Source: Octopus bimaculoides (taxonomy: Eukaryota). Taken from it: a stretch of 34,712 nt of DNA. The position numbers and the translations under genes are program-made. Shown here piece by piece: positions 1 through 12,249 of this stretch. The notes under the pieces are model-generated. The model did no database searches and was not told where the DNA came from. It was given only the letters and a program-made list of their open reading frames with translations. The DNA lies in NCBI RefSeq assembly GCF_001194135.2, contig NC_068998.1, positions 19,018,913-19,053,624 of the forward strand. Reading direction: 5' to 3'. Within the stretch, counting starts at the first letter, position 1; every line of letters starts with the position of its first letter.

Positions 1-15
1 ATATATACATATATG

Positions 16-47
<32 letters not shown>

Positions 48-436
48 GATATATACATGTATGTATGTAAATACATATATATATGTATGTATATGTATAT
101 ATACATGTATATATATATGTGTGTGTGTGTGTGTATTTATCTATCTATCTTTCAAACTATCTGTCAGTGTGTGTGCGTTTGTGTGTGTTTGTGTGTATGC
201 CTCTGTGCATGTGTGTGTGTGTGTGTGTGTGTATGTGTGTATGTGTGTCTGGATACGTGAGTATATGTGTATAACGTGAAACTTTAGTGATAGTTACTCC
301 GAGTTTGTTGATTACATATCCAAAGATCGGAAATACCCATACACATATATACATATACATATATATACATATACGTATATACATATATACATATATCCAT
401 ATATATACATATACGTATATACATGCATGCACATGC
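1..436 (+). repeat. Compound (TA)/(TG)/(TATG) microsatellite; similar tracts at about 4030-4700, 7415-7500, 18840-19010, 22490-22600, 34515-34712
   Basis: Directly visible. Source of most Y/I/V/C/M/H/T-repeat ORFs in the track. Confidence 0.95.
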
Positions 437-1050
437 ATATTTTATCAGATCACTCATGAGGTAACATGTAACCCTGCACAACCTGTTGTGTGGTTGAGTT
501 GTCGGCGACTAAATTGGCGTCACCACCAAGACTGTTTGATGAGAACGAAGATTTTTGGACACACCGCGGGATAAAAAACGAAACGTGTTGAAGTGCGGCT
601 GAACTCATGAGTGTCAACAGGAAGTAAGTGCGAAAATATGCTTCTTCCAAATCACTACTGTGATTGTTGGCGTCTTGCAACGTTGGAGCCTGTATACCAG
701 TCATTGGGAAACTTTCTCAGAGGCGCGCTCTGCGAAAAATTAGCTTGAATTTCTTTTAGTAGTGCAGCCCTCCTGATCACGAGTCATTTCTTATGCGGCC
801 CACCTCACGAAAATGGTTGACCGTGCCTGCTCTATAGGGTCGCTTGACCCGCAATAAATAACAGCGAAATCTTTTTCAAATCACACACTACCAGCTTGTT
901 TTAAAAATAACTACAAAAATTTTAGATAACATGGTCCTAGATACATGTCAAAGAAAATAATGAGATGATGGCTGTGTTTTCAGTTCTCATAAGCGTACTG
1001 GATCCGGGTTGGCGCGGGGCTGAATGACAGGAATAACAACATCTTCTAGC

Positions 1051-1245
1051 TTTTACTTGTCATTAATCAATTCAGTTATTGATCCGCGGCCATACTGTGG
1101 CACCGCCTTGAAGGATTTAAGTCGAATAAATCGATCATAGTATATATTTTTTGTTACTTATTCCTTCGGTTGCTAATGCTGAACCGCTAAGTTACAGACA
1201 CGTAAGCAAACCAAGACCGGTGAGGAGGGTGACAAAAATAAACAT
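1051..1245 (-). mobile_element. SINE family A 3' half (further partial copies at about 4712-4920 +, 7245-7420 -, 14258-14390 +)
   Basis: Shared motifs accgctaagtta, accgccttgaag, gtcgaataaatcga and tttcagtcat. Confidence 0.75.
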
Positions 1246-1254
1246 GTACATACA

Positions 1255-1261
1255 ATGGAAA

Positions 1262-1296
<35 letters not shown>

Positions 1297-1510
1297 CAAA
1301 TAATATGTGAGTATATGCATATATACGTACATGTATGTACATACCTACATCTACATGTATATATAGATGCATATCTGGGTACAGGACGTTACAAACAAAC
1401 GTGGACAAAATGAAAAACAGAACATAAACAGAGTACAGAAAACACACAGGCCACATAGAGAACAGTTCCTTCATCAGCTGCCACCATTCTAAAACTAAGC
1501 GTTTCGAAGA
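1255..1510 (-). repeat. Dispersed ~250-bp repeat, three copies (1255-1510, 7720-7985, inverted at 22283-22490)
   Basis: Direct visual alignment: gagtatatgcatatatacgtacatgt...gatgcatatctgggtacaggac...ccacatagagaac...cagctgcc.ccatt...gcgtttcgaag. Confidence 0.85.
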
Positions 1511-2202
1511 CACACACACACATACACACACTCACACATATATGCACACAACAGGCTTCCACTCAATTCCCGCTAACCGAATTGACTCACAAGGAGGCAT
1601 TGGTCGGCGTTGGTCTACAGCGGGAGAGTGAACCTGAAACCACGAAGTTGCTAAACGAGAGCTTCTTAAACACACGGCCAAGCCTAAGCCTATAAATAAA
1701 ATGAATTTAAATTCCAATCTAAATAGTTTCCTCTCCCAGTCAGCTTTCGAGGGCTAATATGAGGTAGCATAAAAATAGCTGACATCAGGACATAGATTCT
1801 CGGGGAGGGGGTGTTGCTTGTTAGTAGAGTGGGGGTGGGGGTGAAAATAAATTAATAAAAATAAAAACATATGAAAACATAAAATCGTCCGACATTTCCT
1901 TTGGCAACTCACGTTTCAGCATGAAAAAAAAAAAAACCTTATCTTCAATATTCAAATGATGAACTATTTTGTGACGTTGAAGTAGAAATTGCGCGCGCGC
2001 GTATGTGTTTGTGCGTGTGTGTGTGTTTGTGTGAGTGGTATGCATGTGCATGTGGGAGTACATATGTATGTGAATGCATGTGGCTGTATAAATGTAGAAG
2101 AAAGTATGTTTACATACATATACAACACATTCACGCGCACACGCTTCACGCATACACGCTTACACATACAAACGCACGCACACGCATATATATATATATA
2201 AG

Positions 2203-2483
2203 CTCGCAAGGAATGAAGCCAGTATGCTCCGTTGGATGTGTAATGTCAATGTGAATACCCGTCAGAGTGTAAGTATCTTGAGAGAAAAGCTGAACATTAG
2301 AAGCATCAGTTGTGGCGTGCAAGAGAGACGATTGCGCTGGTATGGACATGTGGTGAGAATGGAGGAGGATAGCTGCGTGAAAAAGTGCCACACCCTAACA
2401 GTTGAGGGAACCCGTGGAAGAGGTAGGCCCAGGAAGACCTGGGCTGAGGTGGTGAGGCAAGACCTTCGTACATTGGGCCTCAC
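2203..2483 (+). mobile_element. RTE-clade LINE, 3' ORF fragment
   Basis: MLRWMCNV...RRLRWYGHVVRM...GRGRPRKTW..VV..DL is the typical C-terminus of RTE-type reverse transcriptase ORFs. Truncated by an N gap. Confidence 0.9.
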
Positions 2484-2993
2484 NNNNNNNNNNNNNNNNN
2501 NNNNNNNNNNNNNNNNNNNNNNNNNNNNNNNNNNNNNNNNNNNNNNNNNNNNNNNNNNNNNNNNNNNNNNNNNNNNNNNNNNNNNNNNNNNNNNNNNNNN
2601 NNNNNNNNNNNNNNNNNNNNNNNNNNNNNNNNNNNNNNNNNNNNNNNNNNNNNNNNNNNNNNNNNNNNNNNNNNNNNNNNNNNNNNNNNNNNNNNNNNNN
2701 NNNNNNNNNNNNNNNNNNNNNNNNNNNNNNNNNNNNNNNNNNNNNNNNNNNNNNNNNNNNNNNNNNNNNNNNNNNNNNNNNNNNNNNNNNNNNNNNNNNN
2801 NNNNNNNNNNNNNNNNNNNNNNNNNNNNNNNNNNNNNNNNNNNNNNNNNNNNNNNNNNNNNNNNNNNNNNNNNNNNNNNNNNNNNNNNNNNNNNNNNNNN
2901 NNNNNNNNNNNNNNNNNNNNNNNNNNNNNNNNNNNNNNNNNNNNNNNNNNNNNNNNNNNNNNNNNNNNNNNNNNNNNNNNNNNNNNNNNNNNN

Positions 2994-3030
<37 letters not shown>

Positions 3031-3119
3031 ACACATGCACATACGTGAATGTATACGTGTGTATGCATGTATGTGTGTATGTCTATCTGTCTGTCTGTAT
3101 GTATACTACGCACACATAC

Positions 3120-3161
3120 ACACACATTCATACAGATAGACAAACAGACAGGCAGACGGAC

Positions 3162-3201
<40 letters not shown>

Positions 3202-3253
3202 GGATGGATGGATGGATGGATGGATGGATGGATGGATGGATGGATGGATGGAT
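3120..3253 (+). repeat. Compound (GACA)n(GATA)n(GGAT)n microsatellite
   Basis: Directly visible. Confidence 0.95.
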
Positions 3254-3657
3254 GTTTTATATATTTATTCATAAATTATTTACATTTTACATTCAGGCTG
3301 CACAGCAGAGTAATCCTGCCTTCAGATGTCATGCTGGAAATTTAACAATCTCGGTTTTTTCCGGCCATATCTTTTCTTTCAGGGGTCAACCAGGATTAAT
3401 ACTACCCAAGAATGTCCGTGTTATTTTATCCTCTTTTATCTTAAGAGAGTGCTCATGGTTGGGCCCTGTCTTAAAGGGTTTCAGTTGAAGAAATTGACGC
3501 CAGCACACCTTCTCTTCGACTTACGACCGAGCTCCGTTCCGATTGACAGGTCGTAAGTCAATCTGGTCGTATGTCGAATTTATATTTTTCAACACTATTT
3601 TCATTCAAACTGAGAGACAGTAGCAGGCATTGGATGCTTGGGTCATATATATATATA

Positions 3658-4035
3658 CTCTTTTACTTGTTTCAGTCATTTGACTGCGGCCATGCTGGAG
3701 CACCGCCTTTAGTCGAGACAATCGACCCCAGGACTTATTCTTTGTAAGCCTAGTACTCATTTGCCAAACCGCTAAGTTACGGGGACATAAACACACCAGC
3801 ATCGGTTGTCAAGTGATGTTGGGGGGACAAGCAAACACACACACACACACATATATATACATATAAACATATACGACGGTCTTCTTTCAGTTTCTGTCTG
3901 CCAAATCCACTCACAAGGCTTTGGCCGGCCCGAGGCTATAGTAGAAGACACTTGTCCAAGGTAGGTGTCACGCAGTGGGACTGAAGCCGGAACCATGTGG
4001 TTGGTAAGCGAGCTACTTACCACACAGCCACTCCT
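3658..4035 (-). mobile_element. tRNA-headed SINE family A (CORE-SINE-like), near full length
   Basis: The reverse complement begins with a tRNA-like head (gtggctgtgtggtaag...ggcttcagtccc), then cttggacaagtgtctt, an internal (TA/TG)n tract and a gtaaaagagt tail. Same family as 32572-33090. Confidence 0.85.
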
Positions 4036-4050
4036 GCGCTTATATATATG

Positions 4051-4101
<51 letters not shown>

Positions 4102-4370
4102 NNNNNNNNNNNNNNNNNNNNNNNNNNNNNNNNNNNNNNNNNNNNNNNNNNNNNNNNNNNATATGTGTGTGTATATATATATATATATGCATATATATAT
4201 ATATATATGTGTGTATATATGTGTGTAATGTATGTATATATGTATATATACCGGAGTAAGCACATGAAATGTGCAATGTATATATATGTATATATATATG
4301 TATGTATATGTATATATATGTATGTGTATGTATATATGTATGTGTATGTATATATATATATGTATGTATA

Positions 4371-4409
<39 letters not shown>

Positions 4410-4610
4410 GTATATATGCATGTATATGTATATATATGTGTATATGTATGTATATGTATGTATGTACATGTATATATAAGTATATGTATATATATGTATG
4501 TATATGTATACATACGTATGTATATATGTGTAAGTTTATGCATATATATGTATGTATATGTATACATACGTATGTATATATGTGTAAGTTTATGCATATA
4601 NNNNNNNNNN

Positions 4611-4656
<46 letters not shown>

Positions 4657-5005
4657 GTATGTATGTATGTGTGAGTGTGTACGTATGCGTATGGATATGT
4701 GTATACATATATGCGCAAGTTTGTCTTTGCATCCCTACCTCTTGACGACTGATGTAGGTTTATTCACGTCCCAGCATCCTAGCGGTTCAGCAAAATCAAA
4801 ACGATAAAATACTGGGCTTGAACTGAAATAAGTACAGGCGTCAACTTGTCTGACTAAATCCTTTAAGGTGGTGCCCCCTCCTAACTGCATTCCATGAAGA
4901 TTGAAAATGACTAAAATAAAACATACATACATGCATACATACGTACATACATATACTTAAATATACCTACATATACATAAGGTATATGAATATATATATG
5001 CATAT

Positions 5006-5054
<49 letters not shown>

Positions 5055-5846
5055 CTTGAAGAAAGACGTGTATAGCCATCTAACAATGCAATAAACACTC
5101 CGCGAAGAAGGAAGAGATGATAACCGGGGCTTTGTTGATAGAAAAGAATTTGAGAAAACTGACCTCTTGTTAAACTTTCATATATTTACCGTCTGACTGT
5201 AAAAGTTGTGACTATGTGCTTGCGTGACGTAGCCTGAATAAATATTCTCCTTCAGGGATTAAATTGTTTGAAAGATATCCGAAAAATGTTGAAATGCTTA
5301 TGATGTTCTTTAGATGCGGTCAGAGTAGGCTATACAACAATAATATCATCCTTAACCCCGCTGTCTTTCTTTGCATTGTCTAGCAAGACGCCATGTTTTT
5401 AATGGCTAGTCGCAGCAGTTTATAAGTCTCTCTCTTGTTTACAAAATGTATTTCTGAGTAACAATTGTGGTCGAGTTTTATTTGCCTACAATATTGATTT
5501 CTTTTGCTGGCGAATTGTTGTTGTTGCTGCTGTGGTTATTTAATTACAGATCACTCTAGATTGGACGGATCTATGATCAAAAGATTTCTAGACATGACTG
5601 ATCTGTCTTTCACTTAGACATTGTATATCAAGGATTACATTAGACAATGTGTTCATGCGATGATAGAGTATAATTCTGAGAAACATTTGGCTGTTATATC
5701 TAGCATGTTGACTGGATGGCAAGTGATATATGCAGGAGGTAAACTCCTTGCGAGCTGAGTTTGCAATCTTGTCTCGATTCCAAGTTAAAGCTAATAATCT
5801 CCATTTATCTGTCTCTTGACATATGTATAAACATAACGTAATGTTT

Positions 5847-5996
5847 CTAAAGAGGATTGGTATCGAGGAAAAGAGAATAGGACTGATCCTGAAATATGTT
5901 GGCTAGGAGATGCTGCTGGTGTAACCAACTGGATGTATTATATTTTATCAACTTTGAAGAAACAAATTTCTGTTCGATACGAGAGGGGTTTGAACC
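5847..5996 (-). CDS. Putative terminal exon of minus-strand gene (GSNPSRIEQKFVSSKLIKYNTSSWLHQQHLLANIFQDQSYSLFLDTNPL*)
   Basis: Very strong acceptor cttcccttttactcttctatactcag|. 81-nt intron (5997-6077) to a GTAAGT donor. Phase 0, 150 nt to TAG. Confidence 0.5.
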   Translation of the reverse strand, partial: GSNPSRIEQKFVSSKLIKYNTSSWLHQQHLLANIFQDQSYSLFLDTNPL

Positions 5997-6077
5997 CTGA
6001 GTATAGAAGAGTAAAAGGGAAGTAGGGAGATGTTTTAAGATCAATAATCTCCTGGCCATTCATTAACGCTCACTTAC

Positions 6078-6259
6078 TGTTTCTTGTTGGTAGTATTGAC
6101 TCACTAGTTTGAAAATGTATTTGTTAATTTCAAGTATGCACTTCCTTGTATCTGTAAATGGATCGGAGAACCAACCATTCACAAATTTAAGTCCAATGAT
6201 TGGTATTGCCTCAGTGACGTAGCTAGAATATGTGCAACCCGGGGCAGCCCATGTGTTTT
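6078..6259 (-). CDS. Putative internal exon (E)NTWAAPGCTYSSYVTEAIPIIGLKFVNGWFSDPFTDTRKCILEINKYIFKLVSQYYQQET; STING-LBD-like motifs
   Basis: Acceptor (tg)n-gcag| and consensus donor ACA|gtaagt. 182 nt, phase 1 in and phase 0 out. This is the only frame open across the exon. Confidence 0.5.
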
Positions 6260-6299
<40 letters not shown>

Positions 6300-6404
6300 A
6301 CACACATATACACACACACATACACACATGCACACACGCGCGCACACACTCGCGTGCACACACATACGCGCGCGTCCTCCTCCCCAAGCCTATACGGTCA
6401 TATT

Positions 6405-6526
6405 GGCAATATTTCGGTATTAGTAGACAACGTCATTCACCCACACAACGTCCCTCATGACATAGATGAAGACGCTCGGCTGAAAAAGAGAGTGATGACG
6501 TTGTCTATTTATACCGAAAGATTGCC
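6405..6526. repeat. Imperfect inverted repeat, 36/35-bp arms, 51-nt spacer
   Basis: 6405-6440 vs reverse complement of 6492-6526: 32 of 36 positions match. Confidence 0.9.
6441..6479 (-). CDS. Putative 39-nt micro-exon (A)ERLHLCHEGRCV
   Basis: Acceptor ctctctttttcag| and donor GG|gtgaat. Symmetric phase 1-1, linking 12197 to 6259 in frame. Confidence 0.4.
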
Positions 6527-6850
6527 GGCTTATACAGCAGACCATAAACGCTTCGTCTGAGCCGGACCGCCCTCCACGAAGCTATGCTACTGTGATTTTC
6601 TCGACTATCATATAGTAACACCGTTGAGTTTGTCTGCAAGTCACTTAATAGTATTGTCTTCTCGTATCTTCGTCGGTGTTGAGGACTAAATTTACATCTT
6701 CAATGGCTTAAAAAAGCCGCTCTGCTCTATTGGGTGACTGTAACAAACAAACAAATAACAGCAGCAGTAACACGAGGACATTAGCAACGACGACGATTAG
6801 AACGACAGCAACAAGGGTGACTTGGTGAAAAATAATAACCAAAATCACAA

Positions 6851-6851
<1 letters not shown>

Positions 6852-6918
<67 letters not shown>
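6852..6918 (+). repeat. (AGT)n trinucleotide microsatellite
   Basis: About 22 uninterrupted copies. Confidence 0.95.
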
Positions 6919-7408
6919 ACCGCAGGAACACCGGCAGCGGCGGTGAAGGTGGCAAAAGGCGGCAGCAGCAGCAGTAGGGATGTGATAAAAATCGTTCGTT
7001 AACTTCAAGGCCTAGAGCGCTAAAGACGCACGGTCGATGAAGCCAAAAATTCATACAAGGGAAAATAAATATAAACTGAGACCAATAACAAACATTACTC
7101 ACCAAGGACACCATTAAAAAATTTATTATAAAATGTAAATGCACTTAAACCAGCTTCCAGGCATGTAAAATATTACAGGTCATGAGTACTTAGCGGGCAT
7201 AACTTCATAAATATATAAATAAACGTATGTATGTGTGTATATATATTTCATCTTTTACTTGTTTCAGTCATTTCACTGCGGCCTTGATGGGGCACCGCCT
7301 TGAAGAGTTTACATTTTTAGTCGAACAAATTGATCCCACGATTTATTTTTCTAAAATTAAACATACCAACACCGATTGTCAAGTAGTGATGAGGGAACAG
7401 ACACAAAG

Positions 7409-7503
<95 letters not shown>

Positions 7504-9218
7504 TGAGGTTCAATTGAATTAGGTACTTAAGTTGAAGCACCAAGTCAGTCCGGTATTATCCGCACAGCTCGAAGGTGAATAAAATCAAAATTATTTATTT
7601 GTGCAGCTGAAGATCGCACTGCATTTAAATTGATGCAATGATTTCATTGTTCAATTCAATGGAGACGCTTGAAACGATCGTACTGCATTACTACTTGATA
7701 TCCTCTTGCTTATTTTGATATATATATATATATACATATATAATACAAATAATAAATGAGTATATGCATATATACGTACATGTGTGTACATACTTACATC
7801 TACCTGTATATATAGATGCATATCTGGGTACAGGACATTGCAAACAAAACGTGGACAAAATGATAAACGAGTACAGAAAACACACAGCCACATAGAGAAC
7901 ATCTCCTTCAACAGCTGCCCCCATTCTAACACAGGCGTTTCGAAGAGTAGGGCAGGACGCATCGTTAAAATGGCTCTTCCCACGGACCACGAATTAAATT
8001 TAAATTTAATTTAATTTAAATAAAATNNNNNNNNNNNNNNNNNNNNNNNNNNNNNNNNNNNNNNNNNNNNNNNNNNNNNNNNNNNNNNNNNNNNNNNNNN
8101 NNNNNNNNNNNNNNNNNNNNNNNNNNNNNNNNNNNNNNNNNNNNNNNNNNNNNNNNNNNNNNNNNNNNNNNNNNNNNNNNNNNNNNNNNNNNNNNNNNNN
8201 NNNNNNNNNNNNNNNNNNNNNNNNNNNNNNNNNNNNNNNNNNNNNNNNNNNNNNNNNNNNNNNNNNNNNNNNNNNNNNNNNNNNNNNNNNNNNNNNNNNN
8301 NNNNNNNNNNNNNNNNNNNNNNNNNNNNNNNNNNNNNNNNNNNNNNNNNNNNNNNNNNNNNNNNNNNNNNNNNNNNNNNNNNNNNNNNNNNNNNNNNNNN
8401 NNNNNNNNNNNNNNNNNNNNNNNNNNNNNNNNNNNNNNNNNNNNNNNNNNNNNNNNNNNNNNNNNNNNNNNNNNNNNNNNNNNNNNNNNNNNNNNNNNNN
8501 NNNNNNNNNNNNNNNNNNNNNNNNNNNNNNNNNNNNNNNNNNNNNNNNNNNNNNNNNNNNNNNNNNNNNNNNNNNNNNNNNNNNNNNNNNNNNNNNNNNN
8601 NNNNNNNNNNNNNNNNNNNNNNNNNNNNNNNNNNNNNNNNNNNNNNNNNNNNNNNNNNNNNNNNNNNNNNNNNNNNNNNNNNNNNNNNNNNNNNNNNNNN
8701 NNNNNNNNNNNNNNNNNNNNNNNNNNNNNNNNNNNNNNNNNNNNNNNNNNNNNNNNNNNNNNNNAACAACACATACAGTTATCCCTATTTTCTGACGGTA
8801 AAGAAATGTTACAACGAAATCAAAGGTGATGCAATTGTCTACTTGCGGCCTCAAATCCTAAGGGAGTCGTATGGGGCGTCTATTCCTCTAAAGATCTGAT
8901 CACAGCTGATTTCTTCTAGAGAGGAAGGGAGGGAAAAAGAAGAGAGGGGGACAGAAAGAAGGAGAAAGAGAAGAAGAAATAAAGCAAGAGAGTGAGAGGA
9001 AAGGAGTAATGGACTGGTACTTCATTTATCGACCCTGTTATAAAGAAAGGTAAGTTTGACCTTGTGATCTGAATCCAGAATACAGAGAGTCAAATTTTTG
9101 CAAGACATTCCAGTCGACTTTTTGACAGCTTTGTTGATTCACTACTTTACACACACACATGCATGCACATACACGTACACACACACACACACACACATAC
9201 ACTTACGGGCACAAAACT

Positions 9219-9560
9219 TCATCTTCGTTTCAAGGAGATCTGCAAGAGAGATACGAAGCCAATAGATTTGGGCATCCTGAGATGAGAGGAGGTTGCAAAT
9301 GATCGCCTACGCTGGAGACAAATATTACGCAAGGGGATGGAGCGAGGGAAAGAGAAACTGGTACTTGCCACCAAAGAAAAGCATGCTCGAAGATAGATAA
9401 ATTCAGCAGCGCTGGTGGAGAGCCTCTTCAAATGCAGTCGCTGCATGCGAAACTGCCACTCCTGTTCGGGCTTTTATAGTCACAGCAAACACTGTACCAC
9501 CATCAGCAGATGACACAACATTCTCCAGGCACAGATCCATGGTCTTTCGAGATCGATGGA
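9219..9560 (+). mobile_element. Degraded RTE/BovB-like LINE 3' end
   Basis: Translates as LRFKEICKRD...A.DRLRWRQ...FKCSRCMRNCHSCSGFYSHSKHC with stops, a typical RTE C-terminal zinc-finger-like end. Confidence 0.8.
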
Positions 9561-10129
9561 TGACTATCTAGTACGTTGGAATAGTGAACCTCAGTTGCTA
9601 TACTAAAATTTCTAAGACATCATTAGAAGGTACTTTGTTATTATGTGTCTGTGCGCGCAATGTAATGGAGAATTCCGTTTATAAAATTAAAGGATTTCTC
9701 TAGTTTTCTTCATGTTCTCTTCATGAAATTATGAGATGTCGTCATCATCACTTCCGGTCAATGTACTTTTTTTTTGCCCCTAAACTGCATTTTAATCGAA
9801 AAAAAAACCAGGGTAAGGAGACTACACCCGTGTGGATTAGAGGCTGGAGCACGTCTGTGAATGAAAAATATTAAATCTCACACGATTTGGTATGGTTTTC
9901 CTATTTTAATCCTTTCTACTATAGGTACTTAATTTATCGATCTTGAAAGGATGAAAGGCAAAGTCGACCTCGGCGGAATTTGAACTCAGAACGTAAAGAC
10001 GAACAAAATACCGCTAAGCATTTTGCCCGGCGTGCAGACGATTCTGCCAGCCTTGTTTAATTTTTTATTTTAATGCATCAACAATAATTTTCAGTTGTTC
10101 TACGCTATATATGTTTGTATATGAGTTGA

Positions 10130-11220
10130 TAACTATAAAAGAAGGGAACTAAAGTAAAGACAAGAGGTTCTAGATTTGAAAAGGAAGGTGAAGAGAGAGA
10201 AAGGAACAGAGAAGGCAAACACATACAGACTGAGATAAGAAGGAAGGGTGTAGGGAGAAAAAGGAAGAAGTGGAGAAACAAAAAGAGTTAGAAAAACTGG
10301 AGCACAGAATCGTGAAAAGACGGAGAAAAATTATTAACTGTATGGGAGCAAAAGGGTGGATTGAGAGGGTAACAGAGAAATGGAAGTTTGAAACAAATAG
10401 AGGTGCATTCATACAGAGAGAAATACAAACTGAGAGCTTGAGAAAGGAGAGAAACGAAGGTGAAAAAAGAAACAGAGATAAGTGGGGACTTGGGAACCAA
10501 GGCTGATAGAGATAAATAAAAAAAATAATAAATCAGAAAAAGGAGGGATGCTGATTTGAATACAGTAAGAAAGAAAGAGAGGCGGAGAGACAGACTGATA
10601 GACAGTAACAGAGACAAGTAGACAGATAGAGACAGGTAGATAGAGGAGGAGAAAAAATATAGAATAAAATTGACCAAATTATGCAGGAAATGTTTACAAT
10701 ATGTAAGCAGATGTGTGTGTGTGTGTACGTACGCGTGCGTAAGTGTGTGGGCGTACGTGTGTGTGTGTATGTGTGTGTGTGTGTTTGTATGTGTGGGGGT
10801 ATGTATATATATATATATATATATATATCCTCAATGCTCATATGATGATATATATATATATATGTACATATGGGCAGAGAGAAGTGAGAATGTGAAAGAG
10901 CCAGTGACTAACCTACCCATCCAAACCGGAACGTGAATATATAATGTTGGAGTGGGGAATGAGCGAGAGGGAGAGAGAGGGGGAAAGGGTAAGAGGTAAG
11001 AGGGGAGAGGGAGAAAGAGAGAGAGGGAGGTGGAGGAAGAGAAAGAGGGAAGAGGGAGGAAGGGAAAGTGGGAAGAGGGAGGAAGAGAGAGGGGAAATTA
11101 GAGAAGAGGGATAAAGAGAAAGTATGGTGTTGTTTACCAGCGAGAGACAACTATGGGACATCACCTAAAAAAAAAGAAAAAAGAAGAGAAAACGAGATAC
11201 AAGAATACAAAATGAGAGGT
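10130..11220 (+). repeat. Purine-rich (GA/GAA) low-complexity tract interrupted by (TG)n/(TA)n
   Basis: Strong A/G strand bias. The ORFs called here are compositional artefacts. Confidence 0.85.
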
Positions 11221-11507
11221 ATTATTTGCAATGAGATGAACGTGTGTCACTGACAATATAGCATAACGTTATCTGAACATCAAACATAAGAGACAACAAA
11301 CCTGCCTACCCTTTCTCCTGACTTCGTATCGACTGGCAAAACTGGCCAGTGGCATTACAGACAGCGGAGTGAAGCAAGGAGACCAGACGAACGCCAAAGG
11401 ATTCAAGCTATTAAACCCACCAGGTCATACCTCTACATCGGTAGGTTTCTGTCTCTCATTTTTCTCTTTTTTTTCTTTTTTACTTTTTTTTTTACATTTA
11501 GTCTTTA

Positions 11508-11945
11508 ACCTTTTACTTATTTCAAGTCATCGAACTACGGCCAAGCTGGGGCATCGCCCTGGAGGCTTTCCTTGAATAAATTGACATTAGTACTTTTTTT
11601 AAAAAGCTTGGTATTTATCTTATCTGTCTTTTTTTGCCAAACAGCTAAGTTGTAAGGGACGTAGACAAACAGATACCGATTGTCAAGCAATGGTGGAGAA
11701 AAAAGATGGGCACAGAGACATACATACATACAGACAGACAGACATACATGCATGCATACATACACACACACATATACAAATACGACTGGCTTCCATGAAG
11801 GTTCCGTCTACTAAATTCACTTACAAAGAATTGGGCGGGTCGAGGCTATAATAGAAAACATTTGCCTTAGGTACTGCGCTGTAGGACTGAACCTGAAACC
11901 ACGTGATTGCAAAACAACCGTCGTAACCATACACCCATGCCTACA
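11508..11945 (-). mobile_element. SINE family A, near full length
   Basis: Homologous over its length to 3658-4035, with an internal (CATA/CAGA)n tract. Confidence 0.8.
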
Positions 11946-12196
11946 TCTATAAACCCGTGCACCTTTCTCTAATATAACTAGAAGAAGCTGGGCTCATGAC
12001 ATTTGTAGATCCTTGAATTTTTTATTTATTAGAATATCTTGTAAAATAGTTTCCTGTTGATTTTCTCTCAGGATGCCAAAATTAAATTGTATCTCCGTCG
12101 GCTTCGACAATGAGTATTCAGTTGCTCCATCACCTATATTATTCTGCCTTATTGAATTAGTGTCTGGCTGGATGAGTATTCCACAGACACATGTAC

Positions 12197-12249
12197 CTTT
12201 AACGAAATTCTCAGGCAGAATCAGTGTGACACAGTATGCCAAGACTGGA
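12197..12249 (-). CDS. Putative exon (N)PVLAYCVTLILPENFVK
   Basis: Acceptor aaaatag| with an in-frame TAA just upstream, and donor AAAG|gtacat. Phase 2 in, phase 1 out. Contains LILPE. Confidence 0.35.

Noticed and set aside
437-900. Non-repetitive stretch possibly encoding a decayed LINE endonuclease end
   Set aside because: No diagnostic motif could be read with confidence in any frame.
4491-4598. 54-bp tandem direct repeat
   Set aside because: It lies within a microsatellite next to a 10-N gap, so it is likely slippage or a contig-overlap artefact.
27-4807. Many Y/I/V/C/M/H/T-repeat ORFs (also at about 7.2, 10.6, 14.1, 17.1, 18.8, 22.4, 32.7 and 34.4 kb)
   Set aside because: They are translations of (TA)n/(TG)n/(TATG)n microsatellites or run through N gaps. 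There is no splice or protein-family support.
11994-12196. Read-through of the LILPE exon (GTCVCGILIQPD...TILQDIL) as the STING-like continuation
   Set aside because: It shows only scattered short resemblances. This illustrates the risk of eye alignment. The spliced chain has better-ordered motifs and stronger splice signals.
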